This document shows positions 18,180 through 28,429 of a DNA stretch of 64,000 nt, one piece after another. A program made the position numbers and the translations under genes. Positions within the stretch are counted from its first letter, which is position 1, and the number at the start of each line of letters is the position of its first letter. The stretch is from sequence record PP456877.1; one strand, written 5' to 3'. The notes beneath the pieces are model-generated. The model had not been told where the DNA came from. It saw nothing but the letters and a program-made list of their open reading frames with translations, and made no database searches.

Positions 18180-20282
18180 TCAATGATCAGGGGCATATTC
18201 TAATGCAATACCACTACATTCAAGCAGGTGATCAAACATAGCTACTGGACGAGATCCACCAAATGGGATCTTTTCACGATCAACTGCAACTGGTACAGAT
18301 GAAGGTTTTTCTGCTGTTAGCCAAGACTCAATAACCGCAGCATGTGCCAATGGGTTATTAGTTTGGTCTAAGATTTCAGCAGTCGGACCTGGACCAACTG
18401 TACAGTTATATGACCGAGTTTCAGATTCACCGAATGACCGGATAGCTGTTTCTCGACCAGGAGTGCTAGCCCTATCAGCATTGTTTAACTTAGAAGGTAG
18501 ACCAAATGGTTGTGTTTTTACAGATGCTGCTGCTGACCAGTCTTCACCAATCTTTTCTAGTAGCATCATGTAAAGTGGACCCATTAAGACATTGTCTTTA
18601 GTTGTTACCCACTTACCAGCTTGATCTCGATAAGATACCTTTCCATAGTGTGGTCGATACTTATCGCTATTAATTAATTTGTTGACTGCTGCCATTAGAT
18701 CCACTGGATCATCAACTGGTGCGTAGATATATGGGAATCCATCCATTAGTACTGTTTTAACATGTTCTGCTGGATTTGGGTGTTCCATCATTTTACTATG
18801 CATTGTTGGAGCAATGATCTCATAGAAACCTAATAGTTCTTTAAATGCATAATCAACCCATTGGGTGTTACTCATTACACTATTTAGCTGTTGCTGGGTT
18901 GGTTTAGCATGTCGATCTAGTCCAGCTTCAACGCGTAGGCGTTGAGCTAGATCTCGTGCAGCTGCGCCAAAACCATGTTCATAAATTCGACCATAATTTG
19001 AACGACGCATAGTTGAACCACCAAAGATAATTAGATCTGCCCTATTACCATTTTCGTCAATAGGCATATCTTCATCTTCCATTACCTTACAGATAACTCC
19101 CTTCCCTCCATGAAAATCAGTCATCTTAAAAGCACCAGCTGGCATCTTCTGAGCTTTATAGGTTACTTCAACTCGCCATTCATCCAGTGGATCTAGTCGA
19201 TAGAATCGAGATAGTTTACGGACATTATCAGGTTGAGGTAGGAACATCTGTGCAGTTACAATAAGACGTTCAAATTCCTCAGTGATATGTAGATCATCTT
19301 TACGACGTGCTAATAGACCACGATAAATCTTTAATAGTTCTCGATAATAACTGCTAAGATGAGTATGATATTTAACTAATTGTGCATCCATCCCTGTTGG
19401 AGTGGGTGATGGATTTACACGCTCATCTCGCCAGATATCAATATCAATAACCTTCGCACCAGGTGTGCCAATAACAGCTCTATCGAAAGTTCTATCTAGT
19501 GTACGAAGTGCCCTAGGAGTCATCTCGGCAGGAGCTAGATCATCATCATGGTCACGGATGGCGAAGATTACGCCATCTGGTCGGATAACATCACCAATGT
19601 CTGGGAATGGTTTATAGACCTTATCATCGCCATACATGTTTAAGAAGAAAGCTTTCCTACCAGCATTAGCTACAGCCGTGCTATAACTAGTTGGCATCAT
19701 CCTTTTAAGGAAATTCTTATTAGCTACGAATCCATCTTCAATGGTACCAGCGGCAGATAGGAATACAACATTAGCATTAACACCCATCCCTAAAGTACCG
19801 TCTTTCTTAACTGCACCAGACTGTGCAATCACTGTGTCTTTAGAGAACATTTCATTTGGGGCAATGGTTTCCCACACTTCTCGATTCTTTACAAGTTCAT
19901 AACCAAAGTCTTGGTGATGACTCATGTACTCGGGAACATGTAAGACACCAATGGTTTTATATTTGTCAAAATAGTTTTCGTAGATAATAGTTGTTACCGG
20001 GTTAGATCTAATACTGTCTTTACCAATACCCGTTGGATATTTTCTAAGAACATGTAGTACACGACAATCCTCAGGAAAACGAATATCATGTGTATACTTG
20101 GCATACTCTAATTCAGCACCCGTTAGGAAATAACGCGATTCATTTCCATTTACTTCTGGTGCCTGGCCAATATGTGTTACAAACATAGCACCCCGTGCAG
20201 ATGAGGTAGTGCCATACCAAGGATCTAAACCAGTATGCCCTAATAGGGTTAGATCAATTTCACGTTTACCTAGTTCAGCCAT
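18180..20282 (-). CDS. Non-virion RNAP beta C-terminal subunit (phiKZ gp71-73), uninterrupted
   Basis: KMTDFHGGKGVICKV...DMPIDENG...RRSNYG matches the RpoB catalytic region; RSFGESE matches region I. Confidence 0.9.
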   Translation of the reverse strand: MAELGKREIDLTLLGHTGLDPWYGTTSSARGAMFVTHIGQAPEVNGNESRYFLTGAELEYAKYTHDIRFPEDCRVLHVLRKYPTGIGKDSIRSNPVTTIIYENYFDKYKTIGVLHVPEYMSHHQDFGYELVKNREVWETIAPNEMFSKDTVIAQSGAVKKDGTLGMGVNANVVFLSAAGTIEDGFVANKNFLKRMMPTSYSTAVANAGRKAFFLNMYGDDKVYKPFPDIGDVIRPDGVIFAIRDHDDDLAPAEMTPRALRTLDRTFDRAVIGTPGAKVIDIDIWRDERVNPSPTPTGMDAQLVKYHTHLSSYYRELLKIYRGLLARRKDDLHITEEFERLIVTAQMFLPQPDNVRKLSRFYRLDPLDEWRVEVTYKAQKMPAGAFKMTDFHGGKGVICKVMEDEDMPIDENGNRADLIIFGGSTMRRSNYGRIYEHGFGAAARDLAQRLRVEAGLDRHAKPTQQQLNSVMSNTQWVDYAFKELLGFYEIIAPTMHSKMMEHPNPAEHVKTVLMDGFPYIYAPVDDPVDLMAAVNKLINSDKYRPHYGKVSYRDQAGKWVTTKDNVLMGPLYMMLLEKIGEDWSAAASVKTQPFGLPSKLNNADRASTPGRETAIRSFGESETRSYNCTVGPGPTAEILDQTNNPLAHAAVIESWLTAEKPSSVPVAVDREKIPFGGSRPVAMFDHLLECSGIALEYAPDH

Positions 20283-20394
20283 TTTGTTTATCACCATTAA
20301 TTAGACAAGATGCAGTACTACTATATTTCTTATTTGCGCTGTTTTTAGATATAGCCTTTTGTAAGACTTCAATGTCTGGTATCACCAATCTCAT
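20275..20394 (-). CDS. ~39-aa small ORF upstream of the nvRNAP beta gene
   Basis: GGAGGT then MRLVIPDIEVLQKAISKNSANKKYSSTASCLINGDKQNG*. The stop overlaps the next gene's start region; the true start may be the in-frame TTG or GTG. Confidence 0.45.
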   Translation of the reverse strand: MRLVIPDIEVLQKAISKNSANKKYSSTASCLINGDKQNG

Positions 20395-20421
20395 ACCTCC
20401 TGTTTACTAATTACAAATCAA

Positions 20422-20445
20422 TGATATAGATCTTAAATAAAATTT
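20422..20445 (-). promoter_or_regulatory. Early-type promoter
   Basis: AAATTTTATTTAAGATCTATATCA, variant of the repeated AGATCTATATTAC motif. Confidence 0.55.
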
Positions 20446-20446
20446 A

Positions 20447-20821
20447 TTGGAATTTATTATGGCATTCACACTGTTAGCTAATCAGCCAGATTCAGGTGAA
20501 TCTGTTTATTATGAACCAGGGTTCAGATTAATTATTGAGACTCATTTGAATATCTTACGTAATGTCAGATCCACACGTATTCAGATTCCACCTGAACTGT
20601 ATTACCAGTTCGAAGGAAACTTTTATGGATACATGGCAGAACGCCGTGTCAATCCTGATATGTGGTGGATTCAAATGCGTGTTAATGGTTTAGTTAGCCC
20701 TTATGATTTTGGTAAAGTTCTAAGGGATCCTTCAGCTAATGATTACACCAGTTATTTAATCATACCGAATAACGACATGATTCAACACCTCGTTAGCTTA
20801 TATCAAACTAAAAAGTTTTAA
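20447..20821 (+). CDS. Possible LysM/T4 gp53-like baseplate protein
   Basis: PDMWWIQMRVNGLVSPYDF resembles the gp53/tail-X WWxIxxxNxxxxP pattern. Confidence 0.45.
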   Translation: MEFIMAFTLLANQPDSGESVYYEPGFRLIIETHLNILRNVRSTRIQIPPELYYQFEGNFYGYMAERRVNPDMWWIQMRVNGLVSPYDFGKVLRDPSANDYTSYLIIPNNDMIQHLVSLYQTKKF

Positions 20822-20824
20822 AGC

Positions 20825-20853
20825 AAGCCAGGGGACCCTTAGGCCCCCTGGTT
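20825..20853. terminator. Bidirectional hairpin
   Basis: CCAGGGG...CCCCTGG between convergent genes. Confidence 0.65.
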
Positions 20854-20862
20854 TATGCCGTG

Positions 20863-22254
20863 TTACAGTAGACGACCCATCATTTGGTTTCCACCTAGAT
20901 TCATCATCGCAGTGTTACCATTGCCAGCTAGAGAGGGGTTTAGTGCTTGTGCAAATCCACCACCCATCGGCATTTGATTGCCCATGAGCTGCATCATCTG
21001 CGGATGCATATTAGCCATCATTGGTTGCTGTGGCTGCATCATCCCAGGCATTGCAAAGTTATTGTTCATCATAACAGGTTGTTGCATCATTCCGGGTTGA
21101 GCAAATTGGTTTTTCTGCCCAGCGTTTAGAAGATCTTGGATAGATGCTTTATTGCTAGTTTGAACTTGTTGTGCGGGACGTTGAGGTGCCTGAGTCATTG
21201 CTACAGCTTGACTCATAGATGGATTAACATTCACAGTTGTGCCTACTGGTACACGTGTAGAAGTAGTTTGTTCTTTAGCAGTATTACCCACTTTAACTAC
21301 ACTATCCTTTTTCTGGACAGGAATTTGGGCAACTGGGTTTACAGTTTCAGAAGCTTCTTCTTCTACTTCATTGCTGACTCCTTCATTACCATCAAGAGAG
21401 GGGATCTCACGTTGCATCTTTGCAAAATCAGCAATCACCTTCTCATCAACTTTTGAATAAGGTTGAATAGCATCATCGAAGATCAGGCGATACTTATCAA
21501 TAACACTATTTAGTTGAGTAGTGATTTTGTTAAATGCCTGGATAAGACATACAAAATAAGGTGCTACCCGCTCAACTGTTCCTGCTGAATATTCAGTTGG
21601 TGAATCACCAAATGGTACAACTAGTTTAAATAGTTCGATTAGAACTGGCCGCTGTTTCTTAGGTACATTTACTCCAAGGATATCATCTTTAGAATAAAGA
21701 TCCTCTACGATAGGGAACCGAATAACGCAGATACGGTTAACTGTCTTCCCATCAAATTTACCATTTGCTTTTAGATACACGCTTACAAAACGTGAACGTT
21801 TTTCAGCAGCTTTGACAACCTTATTAAACCACTCAATGGTATCTGGCTTAGCACCGGATAGTTTCTTTAGGAAGTCTGAACATTCTGGTGGAATGTCTTT
21901 ATGCAGAGTGGAGTCGGCAGCTACTTCTAAAATACGTGAAGTAAGATACTTCACAGTAAACATTAGATTAGCCTTAACTTGACGCTGCATATGCTGTAGT
22001 ACTTGAGAAGTACCTAGCCGAGAGATCTTTTCAGATAGCGGGTGGAAGGCGATGTAATCATCGCCTAGCCCTTTACGAAGCCAATCTTTAGTAGGTACCA
22101 CTAGTCGCTTACCATCTACCTTTGCAGGTGCAGGTCGACCAAGTGGATCGAGAATACTGATCATATCCTCTTCACCTACTTTGTATCGGAAAGCAGGTAA
22201 TACTTGATCACTATAGAACTTGGAAAGAGAAATCGTAGGCATTGTTATCACCAA
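20863..22254 (-). CDS. Conserved nucleus-block protein (gp70 position) with Q/M/P/G/N-rich tail
   Basis: 463-aa ORF; the last ~90 aa are low complexity. Confidence 0.75.
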   Translation of the reverse strand: MVITMPTISLSKFYSDQVLPAFRYKVGEEDMISILDPLGRPAPAKVDGKRLVVPTKDWLRKGLGDDYIAFHPLSEKISRLGTSQVLQHMQRQVKANLMFTVKYLTSRILEVAADSTLHKDIPPECSDFLKKLSGAKPDTIEWFNKVVKAAEKRSRFVSVYLKANGKFDGKTVNRICVIRFPIVEDLYSKDDILGVNVPKKQRPVLIELFKLVVPFGDSPTEYSAGTVERVAPYFVCLIQAFNKITTQLNSVIDKYRLIFDDAIQPYSKVDEKVIADFAKMQREIPSLDGNEGVSNEVEEEASETVNPVAQIPVQKKDSVVKVGNTAKEQTTSTRVPVGTTVNVNPSMSQAVAMTQAPQRPAQQVQTSNKASIQDLLNAGQKNQFAQPGMMQQPVMMNNNFAMPGMMQPQQPMMANMHPQMMQLMGNQMPMGGGFAQALNPSLAGNGNTAMMNLGGNQMMGRLL

Positions 22255-23884
22255 ATTTAGGATTGATTTGAGCAGGTTGAGCTACAGGATGCTGATACGG
22301 TTGCATGTTAACCGGCTGACCACTACTGTTTAGAATGTTTTGTTGAGTCTTAGTGGGGATAACATTCTTAACAAGATAGGTAAGGTCATTAGAGATCATA
22401 GCCGGTGCAGATGCGTCCCGAGTGATGACTGGACTAAACAGACTATCAATGAAGGTCGGTGCGATGAATCGTTCTACCGATTCATGATTTAGACTGATAT
22501 CAATAACAGTATCACCAGCTAAGTCAGAGTGCATGGAGATTTTAAACGGAATCTGGTTACCATAAGAGATACTGTTAATCGCATCGGTAATGAGACGACG
22601 TTCAAAGTCATTGATCTGAGGAGTCATATCAATTCCATCCATGATACTCCTGGTACCATTTGGATGCATTTCGAATAGATAGTTATTCGCTCCATGTCCA
22701 TTTGTAATTGCAAAGGAGGTTACCCGGAAATAGTTATCCATCATGATTGCTGGAACTACTTGTGCAAGTAGAGATGCTGCAACAGTGTGATGATCTGCAC
22801 CACCCCAATGCATGGAATGCTCTGCTCGGTTAACGAAGCGTTGAGAATTACCATTATCCATACCAGCTTTAACTACACCATCAACCAGTAGTTCAGGGAA
22901 TACTCGTTGTAGGTCAGCCAGTGTAACAAAGCCACGTTCCATGTAATTGCAGCGTTCTTTTAGAATGCGCATGAACATATTGGAATGGATATCTTGATTT
23001 CGAAGTACAGCAGATGCATCACCTAGCATCACTTCATCAGAGACACCTCCAAAGATATTATCGTTATCATTATTAGCCATCTCAGCTTCTTTAACAGAAT
23101 GCTGCCATGCATTAAGAGTACTAGATAGATAACGAGTAGGAGAAGTATCGCGGCGATTTGAATATTGGAAAGTACCTGCTTCACCAACACTGGAGCGTTG
23201 ATCAATGATCCGGTCAAATACGCCTTGATGTAGTCCAGTTGATTCAATGCGTTTAGCTACTTGCATCGTTTGCTGGATCTGGAAAACATCTTCTGGTCGT
23301 TGGAGATATGATGAAGTTCCAGTATACATGCTAAACCCGTTCTGAGGGATAGTAATATCACTCATGATATCGACGGGCGCAAGGATCTGGTTAGAACCTA
23401 GGATATGTGCTTGTTTGACTACACCGAACTCAGTTGGTCGTTGGCGCTCTACAATAACAGTTTCACTATTAAAATAGATACGCATGTTAGGATCTAGACT
23501 ATTGCTAAGCGGACTAATAGAGCAATGGTCAGAGCAACCAAATAGAATCCGGCAAGTACGGGTATTACCAAAGAAACGGTTATTCTCCCATACTTTCATC
23601 ATGAACCTAAACCGGCGCTCACCCCAACCATTGACGATAGGGACTTCACCTTGAGTTTGAGCACGTGGTGCAATCACATCAGCTGCAATTTGCTGCACAG
23701 CTGCAACACCTAGATTACGACCATCATTAGTTGCTTCTTTTAAACGTTCAATAGAGTTCTCAGTGACCTCTACCGTAAATGGTCGAACATGCTCAGGTTG
23801 ATAAGTACCAGTCTGTACTAGAATGAATGATTCAATCTGTACTTCAGTATTACCACCCATTGCTGAATTATTAAAACCTAACAT
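22211..23884 (-). CDS. picA: Phage nucleus import factor PicA/Imp1 (phiKZ gp69)
   Basis: Directly downstream of gp68 in conserved order; size and sequence consistent with my recollection of gp69. Confidence 0.75.
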   Translation of the reverse strand: MLGFNNSAMGGNTEVQIESFILVQTGTYQPEHVRPFTVEVTENSIERLKEATNDGRNLGVAAVQQIAADVIAPRAQTQGEVPIVNGWGERRFRFMMKVWENNRFFGNTRTCRILFGCSDHCSISPLSNSLDPNMRIYFNSETVIVERQRPTEFGVVKQAHILGSNQILAPVDIMSDITIPQNGFSMYTGTSSYLQRPEDVFQIQQTMQVAKRIESTGLHQGVFDRIIDQRSSVGEAGTFQYSNRRDTSPTRYLSSTLNAWQHSVKEAEMANNDNDNIFGGVSDEVMLGDASAVLRNQDIHSNMFMRILKERCNYMERGFVTLADLQRVFPELLVDGVVKAGMDNGNSQRFVNRAEHSMHWGGADHHTVAASLLAQVVPAIMMDNYFRVTSFAITNGHGANNYLFEMHPNGTRSIMDGIDMTPQINDFERRLITDAINSISYGNQIPFKISMHSDLAGDTVIDISLNHESVERFIAPTFIDSLFSPVITRDASAPAMISNDLTYLVKNVIPTKTQQNILNSSGQPVNMQPYQHPVAQPAQINPKFGDNNAYDFSFQVL

Positions 23885-23900
23885 AGAACTACCTCAATTA

Positions 23901-25466
23901 TTACTGATTAAGTTTACCCAGATGAATTACCAGTTCGGTGATCACCGACTTAATTGTGGCCGGTACAACAAGGACTTTATTCTGAGTTACCTGTTCTGCT
24001 TCTTTGAATAAACGATCGGGTCCATGATAGATCCAGTTACTAGATCTAATGGATGCATGTGCAGATTGCACAGCAATGCCCGCAATATTTACAGGTGCTA
24101 CTGGAACACCGTTAATAGCTCGTTGTTGTCGCTGATGTGGATAAAGTTCATCCATCACATCCTTATATTTAATTTGAATACGTGTACTATTACGTGGTTG
24201 AATGGACATTGCATGATCACCACTATAATACAACTCTACTTGCATAAATACAGCAACTTGTTGGAAACCCCAATGCCACATTAGTGACTGAGCTGCTGCC
24301 AACAAATGGTTAACTGCATTTTTATTAATGTGGCTGAATGCTCTTGCAGGGAAAGCTTTGTGCATTACCCATTGCGCAAGTAATATCTGGTGTGGATAGA
24401 TATCTTTAGTAGCTGTAACTGCAACGCAATCTAGACATTCCTGAATTAACTCTAGTGGGACAGTGTCATCGATTTTGTGAACAAGTTTAACTACATCAAG
24501 AGCATCTAAGTTATAAGCTACGATATCACCAGGAGTAACTCGCTGTTTAGTTTTATGCGATTCGATAAATGATGTTTTATCATCATCATCAATACCACCT
24601 TTATCTGGCCGTTTATCATTAACCCGGTCAGCAGTTGATCGTTCCGCAGGGTTTAGATTTGACTTAACATATCTAAACATATTTGAAACGATGGAATGTG
24701 AGGTGGCATCATTTAATGGCAGGATGGTTAATCGCCTAACCATAACTTTAGCCTGTAAGATATCCGGCACTTCAGCTGAACTCATACCTCTATAAAGGTT
24801 GGCTAAGGTGGGTGCTTCATCTTCTACACAAAACTTAACATATGCACTTAGCTTATCATAAGCTGTTTCTACTGGAGTTCCATCGATTGATATTTCATCA
24901 ACAGGCCAATGGTTAACCTCACAATCCGAGATGAGACTAATTACTTCACACTCTTTATGCATTTCCTGAGAAGTGCCCTGATCAATAAACTCGCCCCAAA
25001 TAGGTACTAAAGGACGAAGAGCTAGTGATACAGATGCAAGGTTAATATAGTCATGTTTCAGATATGTTTGATCTGGTCGATTATATCGTGAATCATCAGT
25101 GATAACTTCTTCAATATCTACTGGAATATAAAGTTTACCAATAGTTAGTAGCCATCGCCGAAAACTATTCATCGGCATGGCTTTATACATCTCTTTGATG
25201 TAATAGGATAGACTCATTGCAATCCTCATCGGATCCATAGCCATATCCATGATCTTACGAATTTCTACATAACAATTCCAGATATGTTGTTGTGTCTCAG
25301 CACTTAGGCCACTCCAATAATCATTGATTTCTTGGAATACTCGTTGTTGATCTTGTACACGGATTTTACTATAAGCCGTAGTTGTCCAAGTTAAACGTTT
25401 ACCATTGTGCTCTGTAGCCACTTCAGTAAAACCAGTACCTTGAACTCCTGTAACGATGATTTGCAT
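23901..25466 (-). CDS. Non-virion RNAP promoter-specificity (sigma-like) subunit, phiKZ gp68
   Basis: N-terminus MQIIVTGVQGTGFTEVATEHNGKRLTW recognised; 521 aa from ATG 25466. Confidence 0.85.
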   Translation of the reverse strand: MQIIVTGVQGTGFTEVATEHNGKRLTWTTTAYSKIRVQDQQRVFQEINDYWSGLSAETQQHIWNCYVEIRKIMDMAMDPMRIAMSLSYYIKEMYKAMPMNSFRRWLLTIGKLYIPVDIEEVITDDSRYNRPDQTYLKHDYINLASVSLALRPLVPIWGEFIDQGTSQEMHKECEVISLISDCEVNHWPVDEISIDGTPVETAYDKLSAYVKFCVEDEAPTLANLYRGMSSAEVPDILQAKVMVRRLTILPLNDATSHSIVSNMFRYVKSNLNPAERSTADRVNDKRPDKGGIDDDDKTSFIESHKTKQRVTPGDIVAYNLDALDVVKLVHKIDDTVPLELIQECLDCVAVTATKDIYPHQILLAQWVMHKAFPARAFSHINKNAVNHLLAAAQSLMWHWGFQQVAVFMQVELYYSGDHAMSIQPRNSTRIQIKYKDVMDELYPHQRQQRAINGVPVAPVNIAGIAVQSAHASIRSSNWIYHGPDRLFKEAEQVTQNKVLVVPATIKSVITELVIHLGKLNQ

Positions 25467-25499
25467 TTTAACCTCTTTTACCAATGTAGATACATGTTA

Positions 25500-25524
25500 G
25501 TAATATAGATCTCAAATTTTTTTT
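25500..25524 (-). promoter_or_regulatory. Early promoter
   Basis: AAAAAAATTTGAGATCTATATTAC. Confidence 0.75.
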
Positions 25525-25549
25525 AGTATAACGGCATTTAGTACTGAGG

Positions 25550-25588
25550 GCATATCGGTGCCTACTTCGAGAGTAAGCACCGAAATAT
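25550..25588 (-). terminator. Hairpin after chmC-like gene
   Basis: CGGTGCTTACT-CTCGA-AGTAGGCACCG on the - strand. Confidence 0.6.
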
Positions 25589-25591
25589 GTT

Positions 25592-26332
25592 TTAGAAGGA
25601 AGGCATATCCTCATCAAAAGCTGAGTCATTATAACTATTATTAGCCGGCTTAGCATAACTATTATTGCCGCCGTTGTTATAGTTATTGCGCTGACCACCG
25701 TTATTGTAACCGCCGCTATTACCATTACCCTGATTGAAATTAGCAGGGTTAGATACACCTTTAGCATCTGGATCGAATTCAGTTACTAGAAGATGCATTA
25801 CTAGTTTATATGCGGGGTCTAGGAAACCGTATGCATAAGCATCGGACATTTCCTTAGGTGATAGTTGACTACCATCTGCTTTGCGGATATCATGGAATTG
25901 GGATGGGCCAAAGAAGAATTTGATCTTTGGACGATCAGGTTGAGTGCTTAGCACTGCGATGTAAATTCGACCATCTTGTGCACGGCCAACATGTAGCTTA
26001 GAAAGCTCAATAAAATTATCACGCTTCTTACCAGCTACGAAGTTATTGCGGTAAACAAAGACACGTTCAGTATCTTCAGTTTTACCTTCAATTAAGTCCA
26101 TTGCAAACTTAATGAAACATGCAAAGGTTGCTAGGTCAGTATTGAACTCAATTTTACCATGGTCTTTATCACCAGGTACATTAGTACGAACAGTAACCCG
26201 TGGTTGGTTTTTAAACAGACCAAAACGCAGCGTCGGTCGTTTTTGAGAACCCTCACATGGTTTGGCATGTAGCCAAGTATTCATTACATTAAAAGGGTTA
26301 ACTACGGGTGCATTAGACTGCTGTTGTGACAT
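25592..26332 (-). CDS. chmC: ChmC-like nucleic-acid-binding protein (gp67 position)
   Basis: Folded domain plus N/G-rich disordered tail; immediately upstream of the sigma-like subunit and picA, as in Chimalliviridae. Confidence 0.6.
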   Translation of the reverse strand: MSQQQSNAPVVNPFNVMNTWLHAKPCEGSQKRPTLRFGLFKNQPRVTVRTNVPGDKDHGKIEFNTDLATFACFIKFAMDLIEGKTEDTERVFVYRNNFVAGKKRDNFIELSKLHVGRAQDGRIYIAVLSTQPDRPKIKFFFGPSQFHDIRKADGSQLSPKEMSDAYAYGFLDPAYKLVMHLLVTEFDPDAKGVSNPANFNQGNGNSGGYNNGGQRNNYNNGGNNSYAKPANNSYNDSAFDEDMPSF

Positions 26333-26419
26333 GATGTGATAACTCCAAATTAAAACTAGATTCTTTTTAACTAGATGGGAAATGATTTCTACGTAATATT
26401 ATCGCAACAAGTATTTCTT

Positions 26420-27250
26420 CTATTTGAATTTCTTGTATGCTTCTTTTAACTCTTTAGAACCATAAGCAGTAATGTCATGATGAACTTTATCTGGTGTTGT
26501 TAATCCTGTCCATTTTCTAGATTGTGCCAATTGTTTTAACTGTGCACGAATAGCTTTGTCTTGTGGTTCAAGTAATTGTTTATCGCCAAATATCTGTATA
26601 GCAAATGATGTAAAAGGAAATGGAGTATCTTCTTTTAAACCATTTAGTTTAGTATACCACATGTTGTATGTCTTTATTTTGCCCGTATGGGATTCCAATA
26701 AAAGAAGTCTATTAAAATGGGGTTTCCATAATAATTCATGTGGGAAATGGGTTAATAGTAAAACAGTACCTTCAACCTTTGGAGGTTTATTAGATATTTC
26801 CATTGTAATTAAATCTGTATCTTTTAACTTCTGATATAGTTCAATTGATACAAATCGTTCATAAACATCATAAGCTAATTGTTGCGGTGTTCGTGATACT
26901 TTAAATGTAGCTTTAGGGAATAACCACTTCACTGCATCTCGACCAGTAATGTAATATTTTACAGTTGCTTTTATCCCCGATTGCCGTAAAGCAACCGGGA
27001 TTGTTTGTGCTTCTTGAAATAAAACATCGACTGCTGCAACCAAGTTAATATTAGTTTGTTGTTCAGACTTCATAGCCTGCCACATATTTCTTGCAAGAGT
27101 ACGGACATTAATCCATATTTCTTTAATAGACTTAACATCAGTTGGTTGTCTAGGCTTTTGTGGATGTGTTCCTATAAGCCCTTCGAGAGCAAAAGAAGTT
27201 CCAATGCTAATTGGAATATTAGCACCTACATCTCTCTCGATAATATCCAT
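26420..27250 (-). CDS. Conserved hypothetical protein (gp66 position)
   Basis: 276-aa ORF in the core block. Confidence 0.7.
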   Translation of the reverse strand: MDIIERDVGANIPISIGTSFALEGLIGTHPQKPRQPTDVKSIKEIWINVRTLARNMWQAMKSEQQTNINLVAAVDVLFQEAQTIPVALRQSGIKATVKYYITGRDAVKWLFPKATFKVSRTPQQLAYDVYERFVSIELYQKLKDTDLITMEISNKPPKVEGTVLLLTHFPHELLWKPHFNRLLLLESHTGKIKTYNMWYTKLNGLKEDTPFPFTSFAIQIFGDKQLLEPQDKAIRAQLKQLAQSRKWTGLTTPDKVHHDITAYGSKELKEAYKKFK

Positions 27251-27262
27251 TATTATTGCCTT

Positions 27263-28429
27263 TTATTTGAACTCTGTCAATAATCCCAATACCCGTTGGA
27301 TCTGAGCAGCGTCCGCTGTAAATTTTTCAATATCTGGAATAATTAAATCAGAAATACTTTCTGGAGTTATATCCAAAAATTCTGATAAATCAAAATTCTT
27401 TAGGCTATCTGACACAGTATTTTTCTTTGTAGTAACTTTTTCAATTAAGATACTCCATGAAAAATTAGGATATTCATTTTGAAATGTATCGAGATCACCA
27501 GTAGCTACATCACCTGGATTACATCTTAACCTAATTGCAGAGTTAGTTGGTAGTGTCTTGATATGTTCTTTAACAGTGTAATTAAGTTGCTTAGTATCCA
27601 TTCCATGGACATTCAAAGTATCGTATCTACGCGCACCCTTATTCTCAAGGAATGTAGCAGTCCATTCGCCATTTTCTTTTACCACAACATCAAATAATCC
27701 TTTTGGAATTTCATCGTTGTGACTTAATCGATCAAATCCACCGGCAGCTAAAATGCGTTCATAGATAGACATCTCATGAACATGTCCACCATTGATCATA
27801 TATTTAGTTAATGCTAAATATTCGTCTGGATCATGTGTTGGCTCTTCCACAATACTTGGTAGCTGATGTTTAAATGCACCATGTAAAATAGTAAAGTCAA
27901 CTTGAGATATACCTTTCTTATGCATTAAATCTTTTACTTGATTTAAAGTCTCTGATGTGGATGGATTCCATTTATCAGGGACATAAAGGAAATATGCATC
28001 TAGTTTCTCAATATACTCAATATCGAGAATCTTTGAATAATGCAAATCAACTTTAATATTTGCATTATTTTTTTGTTCTACGAAAAACTGCATTTGCCCA
28101 CGGTCATGTGATGGGGTCCCTTCAACAATACGGATCATTACATTATACATTTCACATTTGTAGAGAAGTATTGTAATAAATCTATCAATTGCGTATGCAG
28201 CTGGATCGCCATTGTTTAATTGACGATCAAATAAATCCCCTGTAATAATCAGCATATCAATATCTTTTAAAATTGTATCAGGGACAGTTTTCCAAAAGTT
28301 ATTGATGATTAATTCAGTAGGGGTTTGGCGATGCCCCATATGGACATCGCCTACTGTTAAATATCGAAATATGCCAGGTTTCTTTGTTTTATCAGTCTTC
28401 ATATTCGTCACCGTAAACACATTCATCAT
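27263..28429 (-). CDS. sbcD: SbcD/Mre11-like metallophosphoesterase nuclease (gp65)
   Basis: GDVH, GDLFD, GTPSHD, HG and GHVH motifs. Confidence 0.85.
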   Translation of the reverse strand: MMNVFTVTNMKTDKTKKPGIFRYLTVGDVHMGHRQTPTELIINNFWKTVPDTILKDIDMLIITGDLFDRQLNNGDPAAYAIDRFITILLYKCEMYNVMIRIVEGTPSHDRGQMQFFVEQKNNANIKVDLHYSKILDIEYIEKLDAYFLYVPDKWNPSTSETLNQVKDLMHKKGISQVDFTILHGAFKHQLPSIVEEPTHDPDEYLALTKYMINGGHVHEMSIYERILAAGGFDRLSHNDEIPKGLFDVVVKENGEWTATFLENKGARRYDTLNVHGMDTKQLNYTVKEHIKTLPTNSAIRLRCNPGDVATGDLDTFQNEYPNFSWSILIEKVTTKKNTVSDSLKNFDLSEFLDITPESISDLIIPDIEKFTADAAQIQRVLGLLTEFK

